In this document: positions 11,791 through 25,400 of the stretch, piece by piece
Layout of the letters: each line of letters starts with the position of its first letter
Numbering within the stretch: the stretch's first letter is position 1
Source: Octopus sinensis
Taxonomy: Eukaryota
DNA length: 64,000 nucleotides
Direction of reading: 5' to 3'
NCBI RefSeq assembly: GCF_006345805.1
Contig: NC_043001.1
Coordinates: 130,262,001 to 130,326,000, forward strand
Made by a program: the position numbers and the translations under genes
The notes under the pieces: generated by a model
Seen by the model: only the letters and a program-made list of their open reading frames with translations
Told to the model about the DNA's origin: nothing
Databases searched by the model: none

Positions 11791-13126
11791 TATTTATAAC
11801 TACAGCTTTCGTTCACTAGCAATTGAATTGGTACCATGAGCCATGATTTCTCTAATTTCTCCATCAAGGCCCTCCCACTCATAACTCAACAGAACATCCA
11901 AAATATGACAGCTGAAGAGAAAGAATACTACCCCAGCATTCAGCTGGTACTAGTATAAGCTGAGTAACTGAAGCAATATGAAATGAACTGCAATGTGCAA
12001 GGCCATGCTCAATCCAGGTATTGAGCCCACGACCTTAAGATTGTGAGTTCACCACCTTACTTCATGGCCATGTGCATTCATTATATCTCTTCATGTGTAT
12101 GTGCATATGTCTATACACATTTGCATTGAAACCACTAAACTGGGGTATCAACCAGAACAACTTTGAGCGATTTATTGTGTCCTAGTTTCATAGACACTTC
12201 CTTGTTTCTCTGTCCATTAGAAAAGCAGTGAATTAGTATTGATTGTTGCATTCTCAATTGAAAGCTTTCCACCAATCCATGAATGTATTTCCTCCAGTAG
12301 TATGTGTGTACGTCCCAGTTAGCAGATATTTTAAGAAAATAAATGGATTTAAAACTGTGAGACCTAAAGTTGAAATATAGAAATAATGGTGAATCTGATG
12401 GTTCACTTAAGGCTAGAGCTGGACCCCACCACCATCTTTTCTGATCTTACCTCTAGGAGGAATTGAACTTTATACTGCAACCTGTTATCTCATCTCTCTT
12501 GAAATCATACACACTGCACTAATCATCTAAGATTCGGCAGTAATGGTTAGATTAGGTTTCACTGATGAAATGCAATAAGACTAAAACATGCTTGCAGTTG
12601 TCTCCTAATTCGCCTCAGAACAAACTCTTCAACTGTATTTTAAGTCGGTAATTAATTTTAATTCATTCAAATTTCTGAATTATCTTCCCTGCCTTCCTTA
12701 ACCAAATTTAATTAATACAGTAATGATTTTATTACTCCTCATTATGAGTGTTATGTTAATTAATTGAAATTATATGGATTGTTACATTTAGCAAGTTAGC
12801 TCTGACTTCATTAATAGCCATAGTAAGATCAGTAATGCAGAGAAAAATACCTGATTTCACAAAACTATTGTATCCTTGAGTAGTCTATAAAAAATACAAA
12901 ATAGATATAGAATCAAATAGATGCATTGTGGTCTTGTTCTAAGTCGCTCATCAGTCTTATATGTTCGAACTTGTTGAAGAGTTCTTGGTTTCTGGTGGTT
13001 TTGTTGTTTGTGTAATACCATATTGTATAATTGTCCTTCAGTGAAATTCTAATTATGGCTAGGGTAATATTTACCTAATGATTTCTACTTTTGGGAGATT
13101 TTATGGTATATGTAGATATGTTTTAT

Positions 13127-13510
13127 CATAGCACTCCATCGGTTATGACGACGAGGGTTCCAGTTGAGCTGATCGATGGAATAGCCTGCTTGTGAAATTA
13201 AACATACAAGTGGCTGAGCACTCCATAGACACATGTACGCATAATGTAGTTCTTGGGGAGATTCAGTGTGACACAATGTCTGACAAGGCTGGCCCTTTGA
13301 AATACAGGTATGACAGAAACAGGAAGAAAGAATGAGAGAAAGTTGTGGTGATAGAGTACAGCAGGGGTCGCCACCACCCACTGCTGGAGCCTCATGGAGC
13401 TTTAGGTGTTTCTGCTCAATAAACACTCACAACGCCCGGTCTGGGAATCGAAACCGTGATCCTATGACCGTGAGTCTGCTGCCCTAACCACTGGGCCATT
13501 GCACCTCCAC
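13127..13510 (-). mobile_element. Family C SINE with 13-bp TSD
   Basis: TSD AGATATGTTTTAT at 13114-13126 and 13511-13523; homologous to 7076-7461. Confidence 0.9.
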
Positions 13511-13863
13511 AGATATGTTTTATATGTATAGGTTAAAGTAGTGAGGAAAGGCAAACAATTAGTCAAGGAAGGACAGGGACATTTGATTTCAATCTAAAAA
13601 GTTTTGCTATAGAACAAATGGTAAAAATAGTATGCTGTTCTTACTGAGATTCTAGTGATACACCTGTTTGAGCACTCAGAACGCATACCTGTTAAATTCA
13701 GTCATCCTGACAAAAACTTCTCATATGAGGATTTTTCTGGTTTTAACAAATAGAATATTACTCTACCTTTGGTATTCGAGTACTATTTTTTCCCACCTTG
13801 CCTTGCATTTATGTGTTTACTTGTGTGTATGTGTGTGTGTATGTGTGTGTGTGTATGTGTATA

Positions 13864-14255
13864 CTCTTTACTCTTTTACTCTTTTACTTGTTTCAGTCAT
13901 TTGACTGCGGCCATGCTGGAGCACTGCCTTTAGTCGATCAAATCGACCCCGGGATTTATTCTTTGTAAGCCCAGTACTTATTCCATCGGTCTCTTTTGCC
14001 GAACCGCTAAGTGACGGGGACGTAAACACACCAGCATCGGTTGTCAAGCAATGCTAGGGGGACAAACACACACACACACATACACATATATACGACAGGC
14101 TTCTTTCAGTTTCCGTCTACCAAATCCACTCACAAGGCATTGGTCGGCTCGGGGCTATAGCAGAAGACACTTGCCCAAGATGCCACGCAGTGGGACTGAA
14201 CCCGGAACCATGTGGTTGGTTAGCAAGCTACTTACCACACAGCCACTCCTGCGCC
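13864..14255 (-). mobile_element. Family E SINE, full length
   Basis: Same head, body and tail as 3398-3783. Confidence 0.92.
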
Positions 14256-14272
14256 ACTCCTGTATCTATTAA

Positions 14273-14421
14273 TAGAGAGGCAATTATGCAGATAAACAAG
14301 TTAGATAAATCAAATATATCAAATATATTAAATACATTAGTTTGTGTATGAAATATATATATTTAATATTTTTAATATATTTAATGTATCTAATTTGTTT
14401 ATTCACATAATTGCCTCTATA
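14273..14421. mobile_element. Small MITE-like foldback with about 35-bp terminal inverted repeats
   Basis: TAGAGAGGCAATTATGCAGATAAACAAGTTAGATA versus TATCTAATTTGTTTATTCACATAATTGCCTCTATA, with an AT-rich interior. Confidence 0.6.
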
Positions 14422-14458
14422 TCTGTTGAACTTGATCCCTCTAATAGCCTTTCTTTAC

Positions 14459-14545
14459 CTTGAGGAATGATCTCCTGTAAAGACATCAGTGTCACAGTTT
14501 GAATCTTTGGAGCACTACTGTCTTCTAGATGGAAAATCTCTGGAT
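14459..14545 (-). CDS. Candidate exon of an unidentified gene (xPEIFHLEDSSAPKIQTVTLMSLQEIIPQ)
   Basis: Donor CAAG|GTAAAG and one open frame. The strongest acceptor (tttcacag at 14551) would add an in-frame TGA, so the 5' boundary is uncertain. Confidence 0.25.
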
Positions 14546-15067
14546 CTCATCTGTGAAATATATATATATATATATATTTATATAATGATTATATCATGAA
14601 CACTTCATGACTGTAGGGACAAGAAAAAAATCTAGAGTTTATATAATGTTCAATTAAAGCCAGGTAATCTCCAGGTAGAAGAAGCCTCCATAAACTCAAG
14701 ATTTTTATCTTGTCTTGACTGTTGTGAACAACCTAGTTAGAGGTGAAACTCAGAGTAGACTGTCAACTTTAATATAAGTATATATCTCCCCACTTGACCC
14801 AGTGTATTGATTATTATTATTATACTAGACTGTTTGCAGTATTTAAAATATTTTATTAATGTGCTTTACTGCTGTTATATTAATAAATACATACATATAT
14901 TTATGTGTGTATGTATGCAGATATATACTATGCAAATAAACACACACACACATATATGTATGTATATATACTATATATATGTGTGTGTGTGTATGAATAT
15001 ATATATTGAGGTATTTGTATATATTTATCATATATATACATATATATGTATGATCTATCTACATATA

Positions 15068-15103
<36 letters not shown>

Positions 15104-15944
15104 CATACATATATATATATAAACATACATATATATGTGCATATACATACATTTGTATACACACACACTGGAATGGTAAAAATAGAGCTATTTTTATATA
15201 TTTTTCTTTGCCTGGAAACATGAGGGTTTCTTTTTCTATTTTATTTTATTTCATTTTTATTATATTTTCCCCTTCTTCATTTTTTTTTGTTTCAATTTTC
15301 TTTACATTTTTTTCTTTATTTTTCCTGGTGGTGCGGAGGTGTGATTAATTTATTTTCTTCATATTTGGATAGCAAGAAGCAACTTTATTCAATGTTAACA
15401 CGATAACTTTGTTTACAGAATTGTCTGGAAATCATCAAAATATTTACTCCATATTCACAAATGAAATGTCTTCATTTGATTGGTGCTGCATATTAGAAAC
15501 TGCATATTGGTGAAACACTCTTTGTTCACTCATTCACCCAGTCACGCAGGACTTTGGCTCCTGCTGGACAATACTATCATACAAATTCTTTCTTAATAAT
15601 TCTTCCCTCATTTTTGTATGCATTTATCATTTTAATTTATTTAGAAACCATCATCATCATCATTATCATCATTATCATCATCATTATCATCACCATCATC
15701 ATCGCAGTCGTCGTCATTGTCATTATTCTTCTTGTTGTAGGTGGTGGTGGTTCTGCTGCTGCTTCTGCTGCTGCTGTTTTCATGTAAACTTCAATCGCTT
15801 TGATTTCTTTCTCTAATTTTATGCATGTGTATCAAATACTGCAGGTCTATTCAGAAATTCTATTTCATTTTAGATTATTTTTAATTGTAAGCATATACAT
15901 TTTTTACAAATTTAAAAAAAATGAAAGAAATATATAAATACACG

Positions 15945-16003
<59 letters not shown>

Positions 16004-16006
16004 ATA

Positions 16007-16047
<41 letters not shown>

Positions 16048-16193
16048 GATAGATATATTACATATATATATACATATATATGTTTGTGTGCATATGCTTA
16101 TGTATATATATATATATCTGAATGTATCTTTAAATATGTGTGTGTGTATATGATGTATGGATATATATATTTATATATGTGCATGTGTATATT

Positions 16194-16248
<55 letters not shown>

Positions 16249-16809
16249 GTCTGCATGTATGTATGTTATGTATATGAATAGAGATTTAAATAGTGTAAAG
16301 GAAAAATATTTCTTTTCAAACATAAAAATCCTATTTCAATGATTTAAAGGGAAAATTTTTTTCAATTTTTCACTCTTTAAAATTTTATTTATTTATTGAA
16401 TTTATTTATTTATTTGTTGGTAGGGGGCTTCATTTTCTTAGTTTTTTAAAAAAAAGTTAGTTATCTGTATCCATTTTTGTGAATACACCCATTTTCAGAT
16501 ACAAATACACACAAACACTGACATACACACATATATTAATATATTAAGTTGCATATTATAATTTTGTAGTTCAGATGTTCTAAAGTATCTTGAATTAACA
16601 GTTTGCAGGGGAGTTGGTACTACCAACAATATCAATAATAAATGGTAAACAAGTTTGGCAAACAAGCTGAACATTTTATGTGAATATATATCATCATCAT
16701 CATCATCATCATCAATGACAACAGCATCAACCTTCATGCATTCACGAAGGCACATGTTCTCACATACTTGTATAAATGTATACATGCCATTATATATATG
16801 TATATATAT

Positions 16810-17180
16810 TCTTCTTATTTGCTCAGTCAAAGTCGACTCTCGGTTACTTGATGGATCAGTGTCCTCCAGACAGTTCTATCCTGGGTCGCTTCTTTCAGGT
16901 TGGCTATGGACATTCCCGTGTCACTCTTGATGGTGTCAAGCCAGTGAGTTCTAGGTCGGCCCCTTCCTCTCTTGCCACTGACCATTCCGAGCATGATGTC
17001 CTTCTCCAGGGATTTTCTCCGCATAATATAACCAAAATATTTCAATCTATGCTTGGTGACCCTAGCTTCTAGCGATAGTTTCGGCTTGAACTGGTTAAGA
17101 ACTTCTCCATTGGTGAGCTTTGATGTCCATGGAATCCGTAAAAGTCTTCTCCAACACCAAAGCTCGAATGCATTAATCAT
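16810..17180 (-). mobile_element. 5'-truncated RTE-clade (BovB-like) LINE, C-terminal end of RT
   Basis: ORF 16827-17180 reads AFELWCWRRLLRIPWT...LKYFGYIMRR.SLEKDIMLG.VSGKRGRGRPR..WLD, the typical RTE/BovB C-terminus; flanked by (TA)n. Confidence 0.9.
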
Positions 17181-18149
17181 ATATATATATATATATATAT
17201 ATATACTTATTGAATTTCTTTACTAATACTGTTGTACATAGGGTAAGTGTTTTGAAAGTTGTGGTTTCTTTGGTATGTTTGTTCCCAAACAACACTTATT
17301 TTAGTGCTGTTGACACTGCCGGATTGAGTGGTACTGCCCAGGTGTCAAAACCTTAATGATATCTGTGGGGCAGCTGATGATGGAGGTATGTTGGATTGTT
17401 GGTATGGCTGTTTTTGCATAAGTGGAATAGTATTTTTACACATCCTTTTGATATATATATATATATATATACTAGCTGGTGTACCTGGTAATTCCCGGGG
17501 TAAAGATGTTCTATTGAAATGTCTTATTACTCTGATTTAAGAAAGCAATTTCGTTATAACTGCCACAAAGGTGTATTTTCCATCCCAAAAATGTACAAAA
17601 TACTGTCAGCTGGAGGAGGGAGAGATTGTTGGAGGTTGGTGAGAGAGGTTGTTGGAGATTGGTGAGAGGCAAAGACATTATTCTGCTTAGCAAGGGCATC
17701 CAGGAAATGTATAACTGCTGTCATTCACAGAAAAGCTATTGTTTTACCATGAGAAAGGCGCTGTTGAAGTGTAAGTGAAATTTGGCAATCACGGATTGAA
17801 TCCACACTATGCCTGCATGAAGCTACAACAAATACATTGTGGAATAAAAGATTTATCTATCATGGAAAAAGTATAACTGTAAAAATGTAGAATTCTTATA
17901 GTAATGGGCATTCTAAAATGTATGTTTGTATAGAAATGTATGAATGAAGTCTTTAAGATTTAAGATTCAAATTAAGGAAGTGCAACAATAGTGAGTAGTG
18001 AAATGCAGAATTAGACCAGCAGATCATGAGAATCAAATATTGATCACTTCGCTAAAATCTGCAGGTGGTATGGGTTATTACCCTTGGGTTGTTTAAATAA
18101 AATATTAGTAATATGTAGTAGATAGAAGGATCCAAAATGTGGCTGACAC

Positions 18150-18357
18150 CAGTGGTACCTGACTAGCTCCCATGCTAGTGGCAAGTAATAAGCATCCAAA
18201 ACACTCTTGGTGTGGTTGGCATTAGGAAGGGCATCCGGCTGTAGAAACACTGCCACATCAGATTTGAACCTGGTGCAGCCTCCTGGCTTGCTGGTCCCCA
18301 GTCAAACCGTCCAGCCCATGCCAGCATGGAAAACGGATGTTAAATGATGATGATGAT
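18150..18357 (+). mobile_element. Family A retroposon fragment
   Basis: TTGGCATTAGGAAGGGCATCCGGCTGTAGAAAC...CCATGCCAGCATGGAAAACGG, then (GAT)n. Confidence 0.85.
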
Positions 18358-18380
18358 ATACATACATATAATATATATAT

Positions 18381-18412
<32 letters not shown>

Positions 18413-18418
18413 ATAACA

Positions 18419-18912
18419 AAGGGTAAAATTAATTAATTAAGAAGTGATCAATAATTTCACCAAGTAGAATTCGGCATGAAAAAAAGGACCATTTCATGGT
18501 AAACCTAAGTAATACTAAATAATTAGGGTTCAGCAAAGATTTGCTTTACCACATACCGAAGTTTAGAAATAGCAGCCAAAAAACGTTAGCTATTTCTTCT
18601 ACTTTAAAAAGGGACTCCCAGAAAAACCAAAATACTTGAAAACAATCTACACAGGCAGAGAGGAAGAAGTAACGAAAATCAATTAATATCTGGTCACCTA
18701 TGGATGCACGTTTCAGAATTAGGTTGGAATGAAGAATATAGAATTATACTTTACCAACTTCCTCTCTGCCTGCGTGGATTGTTTTCAAGTATTTTGGTTT
18801 TTCTGGGAGTCCCTTTTTAAAGTAGAAGAAATAGCTAACGTTTTTTGGCTGCTATTTCTAAACTTCGGTATGTGGTAAAGCAAATCTTTGCTGAACCCTA
18901 ATTAATTAGTAT
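18419..18912. mobile_element. Penelope-like element with a 155-bp near-perfect inverted duplication
   Basis: Arms 18512-18666 and 18758-18912 (3 mismatches by eye). The 91-bp spacer holds GAAACGTGCATC on the minus strand. Homologous to 2968-3360. Confidence 0.6.
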
Positions 18913-19161
18913 ATATATATATATATATATATATAATAAAATATTAGGGAATAAATCCAAACTTACAGGGAAAAATCAGATTTAGGATTAAATCCAATTT
19001 TATAGTAAAATATATTATATTATATTATATTAAATTAGAGATAAAACCACTATTAGGCAAATCAAACAATAAAAACCATAAGCCAATACATAAAATTAAT
19101 TAATTTATATTATTTTAAATATATATAAAAGTATTAAAAGTTTAATAAAAGATAAAGAGTA

Positions 19162-19236
19162 AAACACTACGATCGTTTCATGGCTGTACAATTCGTAATA
19201 ATTCGAGTTATGGTTACAGTCAATCTTCAGGTTAAT
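19162..19236 (-). ncRNA. Hammerhead ribozyme motif with decayed stem I
   Basis: Minus strand CTGAAGA-TTGACTGTA...TACAGCCAT-GAAA-C-GATC-G-TA-GTGTTT; shares CTGAAGATTG and CATGAAACGATCGTA with 520-606. Confidence 0.6.
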
Positions 19237-19859
19237 TGAAATATTTATCTTAGCGAGGTTTAGCAATGTATATATATATATATACGATGGGCTTCATACA
19301 GTTTCCATCGACCAAATCTACTCACAAGACTGAGGCTGTAGTAAAAGATACTTGCCTAATGTGCTAAACAGTAGGACTGAACCCAGAGTCAGGTGGTTAG
19401 GAAGCAAGCTACTTACCACACAGCCACACTTATATAAATGTAATTGTTTTTCCCAAATAAACTGCACTTCAATTTTGAAGCTCTGGTGAAGCTATAAGTT
19501 GTTACTGAGGCACTCAACTATGAACCCATGATATCTTATAGCGAAAATAGCAGTAAGTTAATGAAATTATAAGATGATCATTTAATCCTTTGTTATCGCA
19601 CACAAATACATGGATTCACTACTTCTGCACAAATGTACAAATACATGTACTAAGGTATACAAAATTCCATGATCTTTTAAAACTAAAAAACAAAGAAGTA
19701 ATTCTGAATATAAACAGATGAAAAGATGTATAGAAAGAGTGATGTGATTTGTGAGGTTTCTGAAAAATGTAATTCAAATAAAATCAGTGACGGGCAAAAA
19801 TATGGAAGCGATGATGATGAAGATAGGGATAATAATGGTGGTGACAATCCTGATAGTGA

Positions 19860-20310
19860 TGATGATGATGGTAGAGGTGGTTTAGAATTAGTTGTGGTGG
19901 TGGTGGTGGTGGTGGTGCAGGTGGTAGTGCTGGTGCTGCTGGTGGAGGTAGGTGATGGAGTTGGGCAGCAGTGTGGCAATGACAGTGTTAGTCACAGTGG
20001 TGGTGGTGATTGTTATAGTGATGGTGTTTGTTGTAGTGGTGTGGTGTTGGTGGTGGTGGTGGTGGTGGTGTTAGCAGTGATGGTTGGGGTGTGGATGGTG
20101 TTGCTGCTGATGGTGTTGTTGTTAATGGTGATGAGGTTGATGGTAGTGATGGTGACGGTATTGATGGTGTTGATGGTGTTGGTGGTGGTGGTGGTGATTC
20201 TCTTCCTTATGGTGCTGGTGATGGTGTTGGTGGTGGTAATGGTATTGAAGGTGGTAGTGGTGCTGGTGTCAATCATGATGATGATGATAAAAATGGTAAC
20301 GATGATGACA
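19860..20310. repeat. (GGT/GAT)n compound trinucleotide tract
   Basis: Directly visible; explains ORFs 19683-20397. Confidence 0.9.
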
Positions 20311-20539
20311 GTGGCTTCCCTCAATTACTTTAAAACTGGGTTTGCTAATCACATGTTTCATTTCTTTACATTGCTGAGTAAATTTTTTTACCTGTGAGTT
20401 ACACGTTAATGAGTTGGTAAAGGAATTGGCCATTCATGTGGTCACTGGTTCACATTCCATCACTGAAATTATATTACCTGTGTTGAACCCACAGCAAACA
20501 CTCAACTTTCAAACAGTTCCTTCCACCTAATTGAAAACT

Positions 20540-20929
20540 AGGATGTTGGGGCAAGTGAAATCGAAATTGAAATTGAACCAATCCTATGACTGGCACCCGG
20601 CAGATGCCAGGACCCCTGGACTGGTGGTACGTAAAATGCACTATCCAAATCGTGGCCGATGCCAGCACCGCCTCGACTGGCTTCCGTGCCGGTGGCACGT
20701 AAATTGCACCAATCCGACCGTGGCCTGGCACCTGTGCGGGTGGCACGTAAAAAGCACCCACTACACTCACGGAGTGGTTGGCGTTAGGAAGGGCATCCAG
20801 CTGTAGAAACATTGCCAGATAAGACTGGAGCCTGGTGCAGCCTTCTGGCTTCCCAGATCCCCGGTCGAACCGTCCAACCCATGCTAGCATGGGGAACAGA
20901 CGTTAAACGATGATGATGATGATGATGAT
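20540..20929 (+). mobile_element. Family A retroposon, long form
   Basis: ATGTTGGGGCAAGTGAAATCGAAATTGAAATTGAACC, then the modules, body and (GAT)n; matches 38847-39585. Confidence 0.88.
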
Positions 20930-20952
20930 ACCACAAGGGAGAAACGACTTAC

Positions 20953-21025
20953 TTCATTTGAAACAACAGCAATGCGATTATTAACAATTTTTGGTGAAGG
21001 ATGTGCTTTATCAAGTTGTCTTACT
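20953..21025 (-). CDS. Candidate 73-nt exon (xVRQLDKAHPSPKIVNNRIAVVSNE)
   Basis: Acceptor gtctctatatctag, donor GAA|GTAAGT; only one of three frames is open. Confidence 0.35.
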
Positions 21026-21131
21026 CTAGATATAGAGACAGCCATTCATATCTCTGAGAATACCTTTATATGGCCACTTAGCTAACTAAAATATCAGCCA
21101 AATTGCTATCAAATCATACCCACTACCTTAA

Positions 21132-21351
21132 CCCTTTAGTGTTTAAACCGGCCATATCTGACCAAAATATTCTACCTATTTTATGTTCAAACTAGTCAGA
21201 TATGGTCATTCATAGCTACCTTATTGTGTCATTTTAAAAATAAACAATCACATCATTGAAATCTCAAAGCCATGAAATGATGCAAGATTAATTTTACATA
21301 GTGTGAATATACAAGCTTTACATTTGACAGAATAATCTGAATGCTGAAGGG
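21132..21351. mobile_element. piggyBac-type MITE, family 2 (TTAA TSD)
   Basis: TTAA|CCCTTTAGTGTTTAAA...TCTGAATGCTGAAGGG|TTAA; related sequence at 26190-26690 and 40037-40165. Confidence 0.7.
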
Positions 21352-21919
21352 TTAAAGGATATAGAGGCATTAAATAATGTTGTCTGAGTATTGCCCAAAA
21401 AAAGACTGTTTGGTCCTGGTTGGAATGCTTTTAATCATATGGTCTGCTTAATAAGGGATGACCTAGGGCTAAACACTGACAAACTCTAGATACATTACTT
21501 TCATTATCATCAGCCTTTAGCAGCTGAGTAGACTTATGGCTCAGTGTTCTTTTTTTTTATTCGGTTTTATGATATTTTTCTTTGTTTTTATCATCCATTT
21601 AGATTCTCCAGGATGTCCATTCTTGTAATTGCAGTGCAAACTGCAAATATTATAACCATTAGCCATCAAAGAGTTAATGCTGATGAAGAATAGACAAAGG
21701 TTTTTCAATTAGAAAAAGAAATACCTCTCTCTCCCCCCCCCCACCACCGCCCACTCCCAGCCCTGGCCAAAAGCAAAACAAACAAACAAACAAAAACAAA
21801 AACACCAGAAAAACAGAAAGAAACCTTCCAAATATTAATAATAACTGTCAAAGACAATAAGGGTAGAGAAATATCTCATGAAACATTGGGTTTGTCTCTG
21901 TTTTCAAAAACCATTGCTG

Positions 21920-21938
21920 TTATATCATTATCATCATC

Positions 21939-21970
<32 letters not shown>

Positions 21971-21972
21971 CA

Positions 21973-22004
<32 letters not shown>

Positions 22005-22038
22005 TTATTATTATTATTATTATTTTATTATTATTATA

Positions 22039-22092
<54 letters not shown>

Positions 22093-23338
22093 GATGCTCT
22101 TCTTTTGGAAGCAGTTATGGTTGTGTTATTATTAATGCTATTGTTTTGTGGGGTAGCCTTTGTTTCCCGGCTTATATATTTTTCTCAGCGCTTTACCAAA
22201 TTGTCTTTATTATCATCATCATCATCACTATCATTATCAATATCATTATTATTACTATTATTATTATTATTATTATTTTATTATTATTATTATTATTATT
22301 ACTGCTATTACTGTTGTCATCATCATCATCATCATTTTTATTATTTATTTATTTATTTAACTTCATTTCAATAATTAGAAAGTTTTTTTTTTTGAATTTT
22401 GTTAATTTATGGAAGTTTTAAATTCTTTATACCTCTTACACAGTGATCATTTGTAATAATCATCTCTTTCTCTAATCTAGTATTCTTATTATCATTGTTA
22501 TTGTTGTATCATAGTTTTGTCATGGCTGTTGTTGTTGTTGTTCTTCTTCTTGCTGTTCTGGTTGTTATTGTTATGTTATACTTTAAATCTTCTTCGCCAT
22601 CTATCCATCCATCTTCATACATTTGAATTTCATTTACAACAACAATAACAACAACAACAACAACAATAATTATAATGAATGAATGAACAAAAAATAAACA
22701 AAAAAAAAACCCTCCAACAAGCAACAACTGAACTAACAACGAAACAAAACACACATTCTCATGAAACAAAACATGAAAATATAATACAAAACTTGTACAA
22801 CTTACAAACAAAACAAACACAACAACAACAACAACAATAACAACGTGATCAACACCAATAACAACAACAAGAACAACATCAAGGACCTGTACACACTAGT
22901 AAAAATGCATATTAAAATAACCTGCTGTTAAAGACAATTTTAAAAATGATACTCCAATTTAAAAATTATACTTTTTCATTAAAACAATTTGTGCTATTTT
23001 TTAGAATTAATTCCATTTTTTATTATTGTTTGTGGGGGTGTTTCTTCCCCTTTTTTTTTTTTTTGTAAGGGAGAAGGGTTTTCTGGTCCTGATTTAAAAA
23101 TTTTTTTTTCTACTTTTCAAATGTTTTATTTATACTGTTTGCATTTTAATTTCTTTTAGATTTATTCTTTTATACACACATACACACACACACACACATA
23201 CATAAAATTATTTTTATTATTTATATATATATATATATATGTCTCTATGTGTGTGTGTGTGGTGTGTGTGTGTGTGTGTGTCTGTGTGTGTGTGCGTGCA
23301 TGCATGTGTGTTTATGTAGATAGAGAGGGACAGATAGA

Positions 23339-23400
<62 letters not shown>

Positions 23401-23717
23401 CAGAAAGAGAGATTGAGATATAGATTACATATGTATTGCATATGCATATATGTATGATTGTAAACATATATACACACACATATATTTCACATACACACAA
23501 ATACATACACACATACACACACACACACACACACAGAGTCACTTTCTGTTTTTGTTAAGTTTTTTTTTTTTTTGTGTGGTTTTTAATTTCAATTTTCGCC
23601 CCAATCACACTGAAATATGTCACCTCACACTTCATGCATTATGCAAAGTCCGACACATTCTATGTTAGTAGACACTGGTGACTTAATGCCAGTCTTCATT
23701 TTTTTTTTATCATTAGT

Positions 23718-23791
<74 letters not shown>

Positions 23792-24233
23792 CATTATTAT
23801 TATTATTATTATCATTATATTATTATTATCATTATTATTATTATTATCATTATCATTATTATTATCATTATTATTATTATTATCATTATTATTATTATTA
23901 TTAATATCATTATCATTATTTACATTGTCACTATCATTGCTGTTGTTGTCGTTGTTGTGTAAGTTAGTTAAGTTTTGTATATATTTCTTTTAGGGTCTTG
24001 GTTCCTTTTTCTTCTTTATTGAGTCCTTTCTTTCAGATGCGTAACAAATAACGTACAGCATACATCTTCTTCATTCCCATGTCTTCCTCTCATTCATCTC
24101 TGCCATCTTTCTTCTTGTTTATTTCCTTCTTTTCTTCTCCTTCGTTATCTTTAATCTTCTTCTTCATTTCCCAGCACACCCCCTTTGTCCCACACTTCCT
24201 CCTTGTCATTGTTGTTGCTGTTGCTGTTGTTGC

Positions 24234-24264
<31 letters not shown>

Positions 24265-24826
24265 CTTGTTCTTCTTCTTCTTCTTCGTCTTCTTCTTCGT
24301 CTTCTTCTTCTTTCTCCTCCATCATCATCATCATCATCATCATCTTCATCATATGTAGCTTCTTCTTCTTCTTCTTCGTCTTCTTCTTCATTGTCTTCTT
24401 TGTCTTCTTCTTCTTCTTCTTCTTCTTCTTCTTCTTCTTCTTCTTCTTCTTCTTTGTCTTCTTCTTCCTCCTCCATCATCATCATCATCATATGTACCTT
24501 CTTCTTCTTCTTCTTCTTCTTCTTCTTCTTCTCCCCCCATTTCGTCTGCCATCATTATCATCATCATCATTCTTTTTTCTTTATTCTTCATTACAGTTTT
24601 GACTAAGACCGACTGCTAAAGTAATTTGTTTTATGTCATTCGCTGGGGGGGGAGTAGATGGAGGAAGGTGGTGAAACTTTAGGTAATATAGCTTAGCTTA
24701 GCTAGCTGACGCCAAACTCTCACAGCATGGCCAAGAGAGAAAGCCAGTGTAGAAGAAGTAAAATTCCCGACCATTTTGCAAGCTTTAATTGAACGTAATT
24801 CCAAGGTTGGCAAGACATTCGTTAGC

Positions 24827-24874
<48 letters not shown>

Positions 24875-24996
24875 GTAATAATAATAATAATAATGATGAT
24901 AATAATAATAATATGATAATAATAATAATAATGATGATGATAATAAATAATAATAATAATAATAATGATAATAATATAATAATAATAATAATAATG

Positions 24997-25032
<36 letters not shown>

Positions 25033-25166
25033 TAATAATGATAATAATAATAATAATAATGATAATAATAATAGTAATGACATTCATAATATTAAAGGGT
25101 ATGGATGATGACGATGAAGATGAAGAGGAAGAGCAAAAGGAGAAGGAAGATATTAATGACCACGAC

Positions 25167-25216
<50 letters not shown>

Positions 25217-25368
25217 TAATAATAATAATAATAGTAATGACATTCATAATATTAAAGGGTATGACGATGATGATGACGATGAAGAGGAAGAGGAAGTGCA
25301 AAAGGAGAAGGAAGATATTAATGACCACGATAATAATAATGATAATAATAATAATAATAATAATAATA

Positions 25369-25400
<32 letters not shown>

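Noticed and set aside
12110-12990. Possible GIY-YIG remnant (KYIHGLVESFQLRMQQ...GHNKSLKVVLVD), CTGATGA motifs at about 12562 and 12950, and an apparent 98-bp intron at 12353-12450
   Set aside because: The hammerhead halves lack an intact GAAA or stems, the peptide similarity is weak, and no exon frame runs through the splice sites. It may be a decayed Penelope element, but I cannot support that.
19683-20397. 223-aa ORF and its overlapping ORFs
   Set aside because: Mostly a (GGT/GAT)n translation with no recognisable domain.
20400-20530. Two minus-strand segments with AG/GT boundaries
   Set aside because: One has stops in all three frames, and the gap between them is too short to be an intron.
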